From Pristiophorus japonicus (Eukaryota): DNA of 64,000 nt. Positions 12,861 to 26,007 of this stretch are shown piece by piece; the first letter of the stretch is position 1, and the number at the start of each line of letters is the position of its first letter. The translations under genes and the position numbers were made by a program. The DNA is taken from contig NC_091985.1 in the NCBI RefSeq assembly GCF_044704955.1, positions 138,632,001-138,696,000 on the forward strand, written 5' to 3'. The notes under the pieces are model-generated. The model ran no database searches and was not told the origin of the DNA. It saw nothing but the letters and a program-made list of their open reading frames with translations.

Positions 12861-13502
12861 ATGACTGCTGCCTCTCTGGAGGTGTTAGCAGCTGTTGAGT
12901 GGATCCACCCAAATATGGACATCAATGTTCACTCTAAGCAGCTGTCTGCTGATCCCGACTTTTATTAATGTGAAATTTTGCACACGCGCAAAACTTTGAA
13001 TGGGCCACGCAGCCCATTAAAGGAACCGTGCACTCAAATTTAAAAGTAGGGAGTACATCGATGGGCAAGCATTTTCAAATTAGCATGGCAATAATGGAGT
13101 GAGGGCATACATCACACTTACCATCATTACCATCATAGCAACGCCGAATGGCAGGAACACCAGCGTGTTTCTGGCACCCAGTGTTGCTATAAGATCATTG
13201 TTATCGAGTGCAATTGATGGGATGGCAATTCATTTCATTTTACAACCACATAATCTTGATTTTAAAAAATGGATCCTCCTCTTCAGCCACTCCGGACAGC
13301 TCCGTTGACCTCCAGATAATCCATCAGGGTCAGCAGCAGCCAAGTTGGGCAGGATACAAAGCATATACCACCCACTTCATTACAGAATTTCCAAAAAAGT
13401 GGAACAGAGGAACAGAAGTCGCCATTCAGCCCCTCGAGCATGATCTGCTATTCAATGAGATCATGGATGATCAGTACCTTAACTCCATCCACCTGCTATC
13501 CT

Positions 13503-14835
13503 ACTACAACTATAACCTGCATTTATATAGCACCCTTAACGTAGTAACACGTCCCAAGGCACTTGATAGGAGTGTTATCAAACAATATTTGACGCCGAGC
13601 CACATGAGGAGATATTAGGACAAGCGACCAAAAGCTCGGTCAAAGATGTAGGTTTCAAGGAGCATCTTAAAGGAGAAGAGAGAGGCAGAGATGTTTGAGG
13701 AGGGAATTCCAGAGTTTAGGGTCTAGGCACGGCTGCCTATGCTGGAGCAATTATAATCGGGGATGCTCAAGAGGGCAGAATTGGAGGCGCGCAGAGATCT
13801 CCGACGGTTTTGAGGCTGGAGGAGATTACAGAGATAGGGAGGGGTGAGGCCGTGGAGGGATTTGAAAACAAGGATGAGAATTTTAAAATTGAGGTGTTGC
13901 TTAACCGGGAGTCAATGTAGGTCAGCGAGCACAAGGATGATGGGTGAACGCTTTGGGAGTCTCATGTCTGGCATGCGAACTATGTGGCCTGCCCAGTGGA
14001 GCTGATCAAGTGTGGTTAGTGCTTCAATGCTGGGGAAGTTGGCTTGGTCAACGACGCTAACGTTGGTGCGTATGTCCTCCCAGGGGATTTGTAGGATCCT
14101 GCGGAGACATCGTTGGTGGTATTTCTCCAGCGACCTGAGGTATCTACTGTACATGGTCCATGTTTCTGAGCCATACAGGATATTACTACAGCCCTGTTGA
14201 CCATGAGCTTGGTGGCAGTTTTAAGGGCCTGGTCTTCAAACACTCTTTTCCTCGGGCGGTCGAAGGCTGCACTGGCGCACTAGAGCAAGCGCTCTACTCG
14301 GAACTCCTGCACGGCAAACGAGCCAAAGGTGGGCAGAGGAAACGTTACAAGGACACCGTCAAAGCCTCCCTTATAAAGTGCAGCATCCCCACTGATACCT
14401 GGGAGTCCCTGGCCAAAGATCGCCCTAAGTGGAGGAAGTGCATCCGGAAGGACGCTGAGCACCTTGAGTCTCGTCGCCGAGAGCATGCAGAAATCAAGCG
14501 CAGGCAGCAGAAAGAGCGTGCCGCAAACCTGTCCCACCCTCCCTTTCCCTCAACGACTATCTGTCCCACCTGTGACAGAGACTGTGGTTCTCGTATTGGA
14601 CTGTTCAGCCACCAAGGAACTCATGTTAAGAGTGGAAGCAAGTCTTCCTTGATTCTGAGGGGTTGCCTATGATGATGATAATGATGGGTGACCGGGACCT
14701 GGTGCGAGTTAGGACACGGGCAGCCGAGTTTTGGATGAGGTCAGGTTTATGGAGGGTGGAAGATGGGTGTTGGACGGAGTGTATTGGGAGTAAGATCTAG
14801 AGGTGACAAAGTCATGGATGAGCTGAGGCAAGGGC
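13503..14835 (-). mobile_element. L2 LINE 3' portion, split by an RTE insertion
   Basis: Collinear with the L2 at 29330-30237; interrupted at 13951-14680. Confidence 0.85.
13951..14680 (+). mobile_element. RTE LINE with 5' inversion (13951-14285 inverted, 14284-14680 forward)
   Basis: Minus part encodes LEKYHQRCLRRILQI...WAGHIVRMPD.RLPK; plus part continues QALYSEL...CPTC zinc motif to a (gat)n tail; TSD atgatgggtga(a/c)cg at 13937 and 14681. Confidence 0.9.
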
Positions 14836-15096
14836 AACCGATGTGTTCTGGCTGCACAATGCAAACATGTCATGACATAAAGGAAGTCTCTAGAAGCAGG
14901 AATATCAACTGCCTCTCCTTTTAAGTTAACAAAGCCTCATTTAAAAAAAATATATGTGTTACCTATTCTAATTTATGTCACTATGGTTTTCAGCCGTGCC
15001 ATTGATGGGAACACCATTGCTGCTGTTGTTGTTGGAAGATGTATCTCCTGCTCACTGTCAGGCTGACCGAGCCAACTAAGCAGTTTCATAATTTTG

Positions 15097-16192
15097 AGGA
15101 CTGAGGATTGCAAATGTTACACCCCTGTTCAAAAAAGGGGAGAGGGATAAACCCGACAACTACAGGCCAGTCAGCCTAATGTTGGTGGCGAGGAAACCTT
15201 TAGAGACAATCATCCAGGACAAAATGAATTGGCACTTGGTAGAATATGGGTTAATAAATGAAAGCCAGCATGGATTTGTTAAAGGCAAATTGTGTTTGAC
15301 TAACTTGATTAAGTTATTTGATGAAGTAACAGAGAGAGTGGATGAATTTAGTGCGATTGATGTTGCACATAATGGACTTTCAAAAGGCGTTTGATAAAGT
15401 ACCATATATTAGAATTTTTAGCAAAATTGAAGCCCATGGGATTAAAGGGATAGTGCCTGTGTGGATACAAAGTTGGATAAGGGACAGAAAACAAAGAGTT
15501 ATGGTGAATGGTTGTTTTTCAGACTGGAGGGATATGTCTGCCTGGGTTCGGTATTAGGAGCACTGCTGTTTTTGATATATTAATGACCTGGACTGGGGTA
15601 TACAGGGCATAATTTCAAAGTTTTCAGGTGACCCGGAACTCAGAAATGTAGTAAACAATGAGTAAAGACCTGATTAGGTACCAGCTGGAGTATTGTGGCC
15701 AATTCTGGAACCACGCTTTAAGAAATCAAGGCCTTAGAAACTGGTTTCAGTGACACAACGGTTGGTAACCAGCAGACACAGATTTAAGAATATTGGCAAA
15801 CGAACCAGAGGTTATATGAGGAAAAAAAAATTAAGCAGCGAGTTCGTATGATCTGGAATGCGCTGCCTGAAAGGATGGTAGAAAATGATTCAATAATAGA
15901 GAAAGCAGGAATGGGGTACTGAAGTTGCATGTTCAGCCATGAACTCATTGAATAGCGGTGCAGGCTCAAAGGGCCGAATGGCCTACTCCTGTACCTAGGT
16001 TCTATGTTTCTATGTTTCTATGTAATAATTTTCAAAAGGGAGTTGGATAAATACTAGAAGTGAAAAAAATTGCAGAGCTAGGGGGAAAGAGCAGGGGACT
16101 GGAATTAATTGAATAGCTCTTTCAAAAAGCCGGCACAGGCACGATGGGCGAAATGATCTCCTTCTGTGCTGGATCATTCTACGATTCTATGA
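15097..16192 (+). mobile_element. Older degraded CR1 LINE (RT region to 3' end)
   Basis: SQHGFVKGKLCLTNL and DFQKAFDKV motifs with deletions and frameshifts. Confidence 0.9.
15898..16023 (+). mobile_element. Short young CR1 3' end nested in an older CR1
   Basis: Matches 4122-4243; TSD AATAAT at 15892-15897 and 16024-16029. Confidence 0.85.
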
Positions 16193-16288
16193 CCTGAATT
16201 ACCGCTTTTTATGAAGTGAACATTTTCAATTCCTGGATTTCAACATGCAGTGAAATCTCCATATGCCATTCAGGCATGCAGAAATCAT

Positions 16289-17458
16289 GGCCCCAAGTTT
16301 CCACACAATAAAAAACGGGCGCCCCTCCGAGCTGGGCGCCCGTTTTTCGCGCCGAAAACAGCGCCGGAAAAAAAACGCGCGATTCTGGAGCGCTCTGCAG
16401 CTCCTTGTCTGTTTGGCGCGGCGCCCAGGGGGGCGGAGCCTACACTCGCACCGATTTTGTAAGTGGGAGGGGGCGGGTACTATTTAAATTAGTTTTTTTC
16501 CTGCCGGCAACCCTGCGCGTGCGCGTTGGAGCGTTCGCACACGCGCAGTGTGAAGGAAACATTGGCACTCGGCCATTTTTGTAGTTCTTTGTAGCTGTTT
16601 AATTTTTGAACATTTTTTAATAAAAGCACATTGCCATCAGCACTGAGGCTTCCTGCAGCCTTCTCACTGTCTCCTTCCCTCCCCCCCGCCCGCCGTCGGG
16701 AACGGCTTCTTCCCCCCCCCCCGCTGCGTTCGGTCGGTCGGTCGGGCCCGCACTCCCTCCCTCCCTCCCCCCGCGCCCGCCGTCTGGAATGGCTTCCTCC
16801 CCCCCCGCTGCGTTCGGTCGGTCGGTCAGTCGGGCCCGCACTCCCTCCCTCCCTCCCTCCCTCCCTCCCTCCCCCGCCCGCTGTCGGGAACGGCTTCCTC
16901 CTCCCCCCCTGCCATCGAACGAACGGCTGCCTCAACTTATGAGGCTTCCTGCAGCATTCTCCCTGGCTGAAGCACTTTCACACAGGTAGGAAGGTGGTTT
17001 ATTTAATCTTTTCTTTGCTTATAAATTTTTATTCAGGTTGGATTTATTTGTATAATATTTGTATAAGTATAAATAAAGATTTATTATAGAATTTAATGAC
17101 TTCCCTTCCCACCCCTCTCCCCCCCCCCACCCCCCCCCCACCTCGTTCTGGACGCCTAATTTGTAACCTGCGCCTGATTTTTTAATGTGTAGACAAAGTT
17201 TTTTCAGTTCTACAAAAATCTTCACTTGCTCCATTCTAACTTAGTTTGGAGTACGTTTTCACTGTGGAAACTTTGAAATCAGACGTCAGTGGCCGGACAC
17301 GCCCCCTTTTGAAGAAAAAATTCTGTTCCAAAGTGAAACTGTTCTAACTGACTAGAACTGCAGAAAAAAAAATGTGGAGAATTGCGATTTCTAAGATAGT
17401 CCGTTCTCCACCAGTTGCTCCTAAAAATCAGGCGCAAATCATGTGGAAACTTGGGCCC
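16289..17458. mobile_element. Non-autonomous Harbinger-type DNA transposon (MITE)
   Basis: 17-bp TIRs ggccccaagtttccaca / tgtggaaacttgggccc (1 mismatch); 3-bp TSD CAT; GC-rich internal tandem duplications at 16680-16915. Confidence 0.85.
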
Positions 17459-18056
17459 CATATGTGAAGGGCTCTGGCAAGCTGACAGAAACATAATAGG
17501 AACAGGAGCAAGCCATTCAGCTCCTCTAGTCAGTTTCACCATTCAATGAGATCATGGCTGATCTGTATCTTAACTCCATCCAACTGTGTTGGTTCCATAT
17601 CATTTTATACCCTTGGCTAGCAACAAAATAAATCTCAGAATACTACTGCAAAAAAATGTCATAAAAATGTCATAAAATGATTAGTTCAAATATTCAGGTC
17701 TTTCTTGCCTCAATTGACAATTTTTAGCCTATTTGATTGTCACTTTTTTATTACAAGTAAATAAATCTTATTTTATTTTACATCTGATAGAGCAACTATG
17801 GCAGGCTGGTAATTGTGTTTCATAAATCCATAGTTTGTGATATTCTCATCTATTACTGCTGGTTGTCCCTAGGGGTATCATGAACTATTGTACATCCGTC
17901 ACCATGAAAACATACAAGAGAATACCCCAAACTAATGGCAACACCATCTAAAGTGCTAAATCATTCTCAGGAGCCGCTATCGAGGTATAAAAGATAATAT
18001 AAATCATTCTCTCAGATAAAATAGGCCATAGTACTTATATTCCCAGTATGACTCAC

Positions 18057-18257
18057 ATGTGAAATTCATACCAGATTTAATACTGTACAAGATGGTTCTT
18101 CGCTATTTACTGGTACAACTTTCCACCATATTTCTCTGGGTACTGAAGTCTAGTGATGACTACTCTGTTTTAGCGCTGTTAAGTTTCATCTTTTGTAGAC
18201 TAAACATGTGGCTTTCAATAATCTTGATTTTCTCCAGATCTTCTTGAATCATAATTT
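18057..18257 (-). pseudogene. FN3 (gp130 D6-like) exon remnant with two nonsense codons
   Basis: Phase 1-1, 201 nt; donor gtgagt intact; acceptor reads cccacat after a pyrimidine tract (AG>AT); KMKLNSAKTE*SSLDFSTQRNMVESCTSK*R aligns without gaps to gp130 KVGKNEAVLEWDQLPVDVQNGFIRNYTIFYR. Confidence 0.6.
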
Positions 18258-18284
18258 ATGTGGGAGAGAAAGAAACAAAAATAA

Positions 18285-19135
18285 ATACATTAATGTAACA
18301 TTTTTAGCACATTCTGAGATGTCCCAAAATGTTTCATAGGCACTGAATTTTGACTGTGGTCAATTTGTTATCTGGACAAATGCAACAGCCAACTTGCACA
18401 CAACAAGGTCCCATAACCAGCAAATTAGATGAATCATCAGTTAATCTGCTTTTGGCAGCATTGGTTGAGGGAAGAATGTTGGCTAGAACAATCGGAGAAC
18501 TCTCTCTCTCCTTGTTCTTCTTTGAATAGTGTCAATGGATCTTTTACATCTCCTGAACAGGTAAACACAGCCTCAATGCTTTTTAATGAGGACACCATCA
18601 TAGGCAGTTCCTCGAAAAGAGAATGACTTGCTTCCACGCCAAAAAGGGATGAGTTCACAGGTGTTTCAATGAAGGACCTAATATTCCAGGTCCCGAACGA
18701 CATCTTGAATGGTGGAAGACGCCTGTGCGTGGATTTTTTTAACGTGTGGTGGTCGTTGCACACCAGCCATCACACGGGCTTGACAGAGCTAGGCCTTGGT
18801 CCAGTGACAAGAATTACCCAAGATGACTGGAGACCAGCTCTGTTACACGGGCCTAGTGCGCACACATATCGCAGTGTGGACAGTGTGGTGGCGTACCACT
18901 TCAAGGTACAGTGTGAGCTGGTGCAGGAGGGCGACGGCAGCGAAGAAGAATGTCATCAAGGTCCAGGTCGGTGATTGGAGCGTGGGCAGGTACAGCAGGA
19001 GCGGCGAGGTCAGGGTGAAGGAGCTGCGAGAGGCTGTGGAGGGACGTGATTGGGGCCCAGAAGAGGCGTGAGTTCGGGGCCAGAAGATGAGGACACCACC
19101 GACAGTGCGACATATCCATTGCATTGCAGCAAGGT
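18285..19135 (-). mobile_element. Deu-domain SINE, split by an RTE-related insertion
   Basis: 18285-18597 and 19099-19135 resemble the reverse complement of the SINE at 11345. Confidence 0.65.
18598..19086 (-). mobile_element. Non-autonomous RTE-derived retroposon
   Basis: RTE 3' end joined to the APE-start motif FGTWNI; 12-bp TSD atgaggacacca at 18586-18597 and 19087-19098; second copy at 62898. Confidence 0.8.
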
Positions 19136-19539
19136 GTTAGCATAGAGTACTGAAATGTTGAACTTTTATTCTTTTTTGAAATTTCCCATTTTTATTGTCT
19201 GACTTTTTACATTTCTGGTTTTTCAAATATTTTTTAGAATCGGACACCTCCCTTGGGGTCGGGGATTGCCTTCTCTCCGCCTTCCAAGACCGGACCACCC
19301 CACCTCAGGTGTCGGGGCTTACATCTACCTGGGGATGCGGCCTCTTCTCCAGCATTCCCCACCCGATAGAAGCCAAGTCTGTCAATCAGGCTGACTTCCA
19401 GGCAGGAAACCTGCCAGTGATGTTACGCGCTGTTGTGGCGAACTTCACAGCGTCCAAAGAAACCGGGAATTCCAGGTTTCCCGCATGTTACTGGGCCCAT
19501 CCGCTCCCAGCGTGTCAGAACAGTAAAATTCCTCCCATT

Positions 19540-19990
19540 GAATCAGGTCCCATCTCTTTTCCAGTAAATGTGAAAGGTCCCATGGTACTGTTCAAAGATG
19601 CCCTGGTCAATATTTCTCCCTTAAACAAGACCAGATTAAGTGGCTGTTCATTTCATTGCTGTTTGTGGGGTATTGCTGGTGTAAAATGGCTCTGTGTTTG
19701 CCTACCTAACAATTGTCAGTGTGAAGCATTTTGTAATGTTTCAACAATGTGATGAAGCATGGCTTAAATGCTGGTAATCCGTTCCTGTTTGCTAGCTCTC
19801 ATTAAAGACGTATCTGTGATTCCTTGGACATATCGAGAAAACTATACTCATCCTATTCATTTTTATTAAGGAGGGGAAAGGGACTTGCATTCATATAGAG
19901 CCTTTCATGAGCTTAGCACATCCCAAAGCATTTCACAGCCAATGAAGTACTTTTGAAGTGTTGTCACTGTTGTAAATGCAGGAACATTTA
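19540..19990. mobile_element. Two partial Deu-SINE fragments (plus 19540-19775, minus 19880-19990)
   Basis: Similarity to the SINE at 11345-11790. Confidence 0.55.
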
Positions 19991-20406
19991 TGTGCTAGAT
20001 GAGCTTTTGTGATATTGCTCACGCCTAGTCTGTGTCTAGAGCATGGTTGGGACAATTAACATGGTCTCATTCTGGCCAAGGAACGGTGCACAGGAGGACG
20101 GCTAGGGAGCAGAACACAGTGGGGAGAGGGGTGGGGTTATTTTTGATGGACATAAATTGGTTTGGATTAAATGGAGCTGATGTAGGTTTCTCCCTCTTAT
20201 TTTCTACATGATCTCCAAGGATACATTTACACTGCTCGTTTACCATTAGTGCAAATCGATTTCAGCTTCAATCCGACATTAAATTGGCAGTGTAAATTGC
20301 ACTCAAAGTCTGACTGGACACAAAGCAAAGTGCAACTCTTTGGAGGCAATAGTGTCATACCCACTTTGGCACGACATCGCATGCAATGTAAATCCAATGA
20401 GGTGCC

Positions 20407-23400
20407 TGTTATGTATGCAACCCTGGGTAACCTGTATCATACTGCCACCAGAGGGCATACCTGTTGGAGTCCCAAGTGATCCCAGCATCCCTTGGGAGCA
20501 CTGTATATAAGCATGCCTCCCATGCTGTACCAGCACTCTGGAGTTTGAATAAAGGAGCTAAGGTCATACTTACTCATGTCTACAGTACTCAGTTATATTA
20601 CTTTATTATGAGCATAACAACTGGCGACGAGATAACGAACAATCACGCGAAAATGCAGAGAACTGTTGGTATCCTGGAGAAATTCTCAGAAGGGGACGAT
20701 TGGGAGGCCTTCGTGGAGCGACTCGGCCAATACCTCATGGCCAACGAGCTGGAAGGGGATGAGAATGCTGCCAAACGAAGGGCGATCCTCCTCACCATCT
20801 GTGGGGCAATAACTTATGGCCTCATGAAGAATCTTCTAGCTCCAGTAAAACCAACAACCAAATCACATGAAGAACTGTGTACGCTGGTCCGGGAGCACCT
20901 AAATCCGAAGGAAAGCGTTCTGATGGCAAGGTATTGATTTTACACGTGTCAACGGTCTGAAGGCCAGGAAGTGGCGAGCTATGTCGCCGAACTAAGGCGC
21001 CTTGCAGGACATTGCAAATTCGATGGATTCCTTGAGCAAATGCTAAGAGACTTCTTTGTGCTTGGCATTGGCCAAGAGGTTATCCTTCGCAAACTATTGA
21101 CTGTTGAAACACCGAACCTGAGCAAAGCCATAACGATAGCTTTTGTGTCCACCAGCGATAATAGCAAACAAATTTTGCAGCATAAAGAGGTTTCGGCAAG
21201 TACTATACACAAAATAACGTCGTTTTTAGGCAGGAATGCGTATGGCAGAATGTACACGCCTGCAGCTGCACGACCTCAGATGACCCAGAGCCCGCCATCA
21301 AACATTAATACGAGGCAGTTAATACCTTGTTGGTGCTGCGGAGATGATCATCGAACCGATCAATGCCGCTTCAAGCACTATGTGTGCAAAGGCTGTGGAA
21401 CAATGGGACACCTCCAGCGAATGTGCAGACGAGCTGCAAACCCTGCAAACCACCACATTGTAGAGGAGGATCGATCCATGGTGGATCAGGCTGAACCAGA
21501 GGTGTACACACCATCACAGCAAAATGTCCACCGATCATGCTAAAAATCAAACTGGACGGAATTCCAGTATCCATGGAACTGGACACGGGTGCGAGTCAGT
21601 CTATCATGAGCAAAAAGGCTGTGGTGCAACAAGGCACACAGGCCCAAGCTTAGCCCCATTCATACCAAGCTAAGAACTTACACTAAAGGACTGATCCCTG
21701 TTATTGGCAGCGCAGCAGTGCACGAACTCCCACTATGGATTGTACCAGGAGATGGCCCCACACTGTTCGGCAGAAGCTGTCTGGGAAAAATCCGCTGGAA
21801 CTGGGACGATATCCGAGCCAGTCCGTTGACGATTTTTCATGTGCCCAGGTTCTCAGCAAGTTCCCGTCGTTGTTTGAGCCAGGCATCGGAAGTTTCTCGA
21901 GGGCGAAGTTGCAGATCCACTTGGTTCCCGGTACATGACCCATCCACCACAAGGCATGGGCGGTGCCATATATGATGCTACAGAAAGTGGAAATTGAGCT
22001 GGACAGGCTGCAGCGGGAATGCATCATTGCGCCGGTGGAGTTCAACAAGAGGGTCAGTCCGATTGTTCCAGTTCTCAAAGGCGATGGCATGGTCAGAATT
22101 TGTGGGGTCTATAAAGTAATGATTAACCATTTTTCACTACAGGACCAGTACCCAGTATCCAAGGCAGATGACCTATTTGCGACGCTGGCAGGAGGAAAGA
22201 CGTTCACCAAGTTGGACCTGACCTCGGCCTACATGACGCAGGAGCTGGCGGAATCTTCGAAAGACCTCAACTGCATCAACACGCGCACAGGTCTGTTCAT
22301 CTACAAGAAATGCCCGTTTGGAATTCGATCGGCCGCGGCAATCTTTCAAAGGAACATGGAGAGCCTGCTAAAGTCGGGACACCATCGAACACTTGCAGAA
22401 CCTGGAAGAGGTTCTAAGTCGGCTAGATCACGTGGGACTCAGGTTGAAACACTCAAAGTCTATTTTCCTGGCACCAGAGGTCGAGTTCTTAGGGAGAAAT
22501 ATCGCGGCAGGCCCACCGATGCCAAGACAGAGGCCATCAAGAACGCGCTGAGACCACAGAACGTGACGGAGCTGCAGTCGTTCCTGGTACTCACCAACTA
22601 TTTTGGTAATTTCCTACCCGGGTTACGCACCTTGCTAGAACCCCTACATGTGTTGCTACGCAACGGAGATGACTGGGTATGGGGGAAATCACAAGAGGCT
22701 GCTTTTGAGAAACCCAGAAATCTGTTATGTTCCAACAAACTGCTTGTTCTGTATAACCCATGTAAACATTTAGTGCTAGCTTATAATGCGTCTTCTTATG
22801 GAGTCAGGTGTGTGTTACAACAAGCAAACGAATCGGGAACATTGCAACCGGTCGCCTATGCGTCCAGGAGTTTGTCCAAGGCCGAAAGGGCCTAAAGCAT
22901 GATTGAAAAAGAAGCTCTGGCATGCGTTCACAGAGTGAAAAAATGCACCAGTATCTGTTTGGTCACAAGTTTGAGTTAGAAACTGACCATAAGCCGCTCA
23001 TATCACTATTCTCAGAGAGCAAAGGGATTAATACCAATGCCTCTGCCCGCATCCAAAGATGGGCGCTCACGCTGTCTGCATATAACTCTGTAATCCACCA
23101 CAGACCAGGCACAGAGAACTGCGCTGATGCTCTCAGTCGGCTACCATTGCCCAGCATCAGGTATTGGAAGTGGCACAGCCTGCAGACTTGCTCTTGGTGA
23201 TGGGTGCATTTGAAAACGAAAAGTCACCCATTACGGCCTGCCAGATCAGGACCTGGACCAGCCAGGATCCTTTACTGTCCCTTGTAAAAAACTGTGTCCT
23301 CCATTGGAGCTGGTCCAGCGTCCCAGCGGAGATGCATGAAGAGATCAAGCCGTTCCAGCGGTGCAAAGACGCAATGTCCATACAGGCGGACTGTCTTTTG

Positions 23401-24797
23401 TGGGGCAATCGCGTAGATTTGCCTAAGAAAGGCAAGGAAATGTTCATACGCGACCTACACAGTACCCACCCAGGCATAGTAATGATGAAAGCTATAGCCA
23501 GATCCCATGTGTGGAGGCCCGGCATCGACTCAGATTTGGAGTCATGCGTGCGCCAAGCAACACTTGCTCTCAGCTGAGCAATGCGCTCAGAGAGGCACCG
23601 CTAAGTTTGTGGTCATGGCCCTCCAAACCATGGTCTAGGATCCACGTTGATTTTGCGGGCCCGTTTCTAGGCAAAATGTTTTTGGTTGTTGTGGATGCTT
23701 ATTCAAAATGGATTGAATGTATAATAATGTCTGTAAGCACGTCCACTGCCACCATTGAAAACCTACGAGCCATGTTCGCCACGCACGGCCTGCCTGATGT
23801 CCTTGTCAGCGACAATGGGCCGTGCTTCACCAGTGCTGAATTCAAGGAATTCATGACCCGCAATGGGATCAAGCACATCACATCTGCCCCGTTCAAGCCC
23901 ACATCCAATGGCCAGGCAGAACGGGCAGTCCAAACCATCAAGCAAAGCTTGAAATGTGTGTCGGAAGGCTCTCTGCAGAGCCACCTGTCCCAAGTCCTGC
24001 TCAGCTACTGCACCAGACCCCACTCGCTCACCAGGGTTCCCCCAGCCAAGCTGCTCATGAAAAGGCTGCTTAAACCAAGGCCCTCTCTTGTCCACCCTGA
24101 TCTCCATGATCACGTCGAGGGCAGGCGGCATCAACAAAGCATGTACCATGATCGCGCAAACTTGTCACGCGATATTGAAGTCAATGACCCTGTATTTGTA
24201 CTCAGTTATGGACATGGTCACAAATGGCTTGCTGGCACCATAATAGTCAAAGAAGGGAGTAGGGTGTTTCAGGTCAAACTTGCTAATGGACTAACTTGCA
24301 GAAAGCATTTGGACCAAACCAAACTGTGATTCACAAACAGCCACGAGCAACCCGAAGAGGACACCACCAACTTCGAACCTCCAACACACACACAAGTGGT
24401 GACCGACATCATGGTCGACCACGAAGCTGAACTCACCATCCCCAACAGCCCAGCAAGGCCAGCTGCCCAGCAGCCCAGCAAAGAACCAACCAACTCACCC
24501 ACACCTGCATTTGTACCGAGACGATCAACTAGGGAGTGGAAAGCCCCAGATCAGCTCACCCTGTAAATAAGTATACTATTGACTTTGGGAAGGAGTGATG
24601 TTATGTATGCAACCCTAGGTAACCTGTATCATACTGCCACCAGAGGGCATACCTGTTGGAGTCCCAAGTGATCCCAGCATCCCTTGGGAGCACTGTATAT
24701 AAGCAGGCCTCCCATGCTGTACCAACACTCTGGAGCAAAGGTCACACTTACTCATGTCTACAGTACTCAGTTACATTACTTTATTATGAGCATAACA
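20407..24797 (+). mobile_element. Full-length but disrupted Ty3/Gypsy (Mag-type) element
   Basis: LTRs 20407-20619 and 24599-24797; TSD GTGCC; PBS TGGCGACGAG; gag, protease (LDTGAS), RT, RNase H and integrase (HVDFAGP, SDNGP, ERAVQT) in broken ORFs from 20653 to 24329. Confidence 0.96.
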
Positions 24798-24864
24798 GTG
24801 CCAAACCACTTTTACATAGTGCTCAGGGAGTCCAATCAACCCATGGGGTGCTTTATAAACTAAC

Positions 24865-25082
24865 CTCAATATGAATGGTTAGAGAGCAGGGATTCCCCCT
24901 GTCTGTTTTTTAAACATAACATTTTAACTGTTGGGGAGAAAGCTCTGTCTACGGTATATCCAGACATGCACACAGTTCTTTCCTGGGTAAGGCAGTTCCA
25001 GTCAATCAGGAGCCAGGCAATGTAAACACTGTTCTGTTTGACTGCAATCCACCTAGCAGTTATTGGGCTCGGATATGTAAGT
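24865..25082 (-). pseudogene. FN3 (D5-like) exon remnant
   Basis: Bounded by AG and gttagt; PSPITARWIAVKQNSVYIAW...SGYTVD fits FN3 strands A-C; one stop near the end. Confidence 0.4.
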
Positions 25083-26007
25083 CTACAATAGCATAAATCA
25101 AAGTACATAGAAATGTATTTTTGTTAAGTTGCTTGTATTGGGAAGATTTAGTAGGGTATCCATAAAACCTGCACCCAAATATTCAAAAGATAAGTAATTA
25201 ATTTTTCTAGAATGGTGAAGACATTTCAATGGATTGAAGCTGTTTTCTTACTTTGTTTTGGATGCACGTGATATCCTTTCTACATTAGTTGTAGAGCCAA
25301 ATATTCACACACTCCTGGACCCAGTGTTATTATTTGAAACGTGGCTCCACCTTAACGTATTTTTTCTGTGCAAATCAATTTGATTAGGCTAGATCAACAA
25401 ACATTGCTCATATGTGGGGCATACAGGTTGCAATAAGCTTGACAGTAGAGGCAAGTACCCATATAATATTACAAAGTGTTAAGTGAAAAATATGTCTGAT
25501 ATAATTCGCTGTTGAAACTGAGACGTTTTGGTAATCTGCTCTAAAGACTATTTAGGAATTCATCCCGAAGTCTATTGATGGTATTTGGTTACAGTTACTA
25601 AGGCTATAGATTAACTTTGTTAACTTGTTCATTTTTGGCTGTCTGTAATTGTAGCGACATGGCTTAAGGGTTTTAATAATTTTTACTCTATTATCTTGTG
25701 TCAGCAGTGGTTCAGCTGGTAGAACTCTCGCCTCTGAGTCAGAAGGTTGTGGGTTCAAGTTCTTCTCCAGAGTTGCAAAATTAAGTAAAAGTGATGGCAA
25801 ACAGCTGCTTGGTTACAGCACATACTTAGACGTGACAATTAGTTGACCTTTATTTGCCTGTTAATGTTTCTGGTAGATTATTGATGCAATTCTGGTAGGC
25901 TGTGAGTCATACTGCTGGGTTCTGTCGAAGTAATCCAGTTAACAGTACTTTACTGCGTAGCATTGCATTGAGCAATTTAGGTCCACTGTGTCAGCAGTAG
26001 GGAGAAT

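Noticed and set aside
16489-16989. Gly/Arg/Pro-rich ORFs and a CpG-island-like stretch
   Set aside because: Lies inside a TIR- and TSD-bounded MITE; low complexity explains the ORFs.
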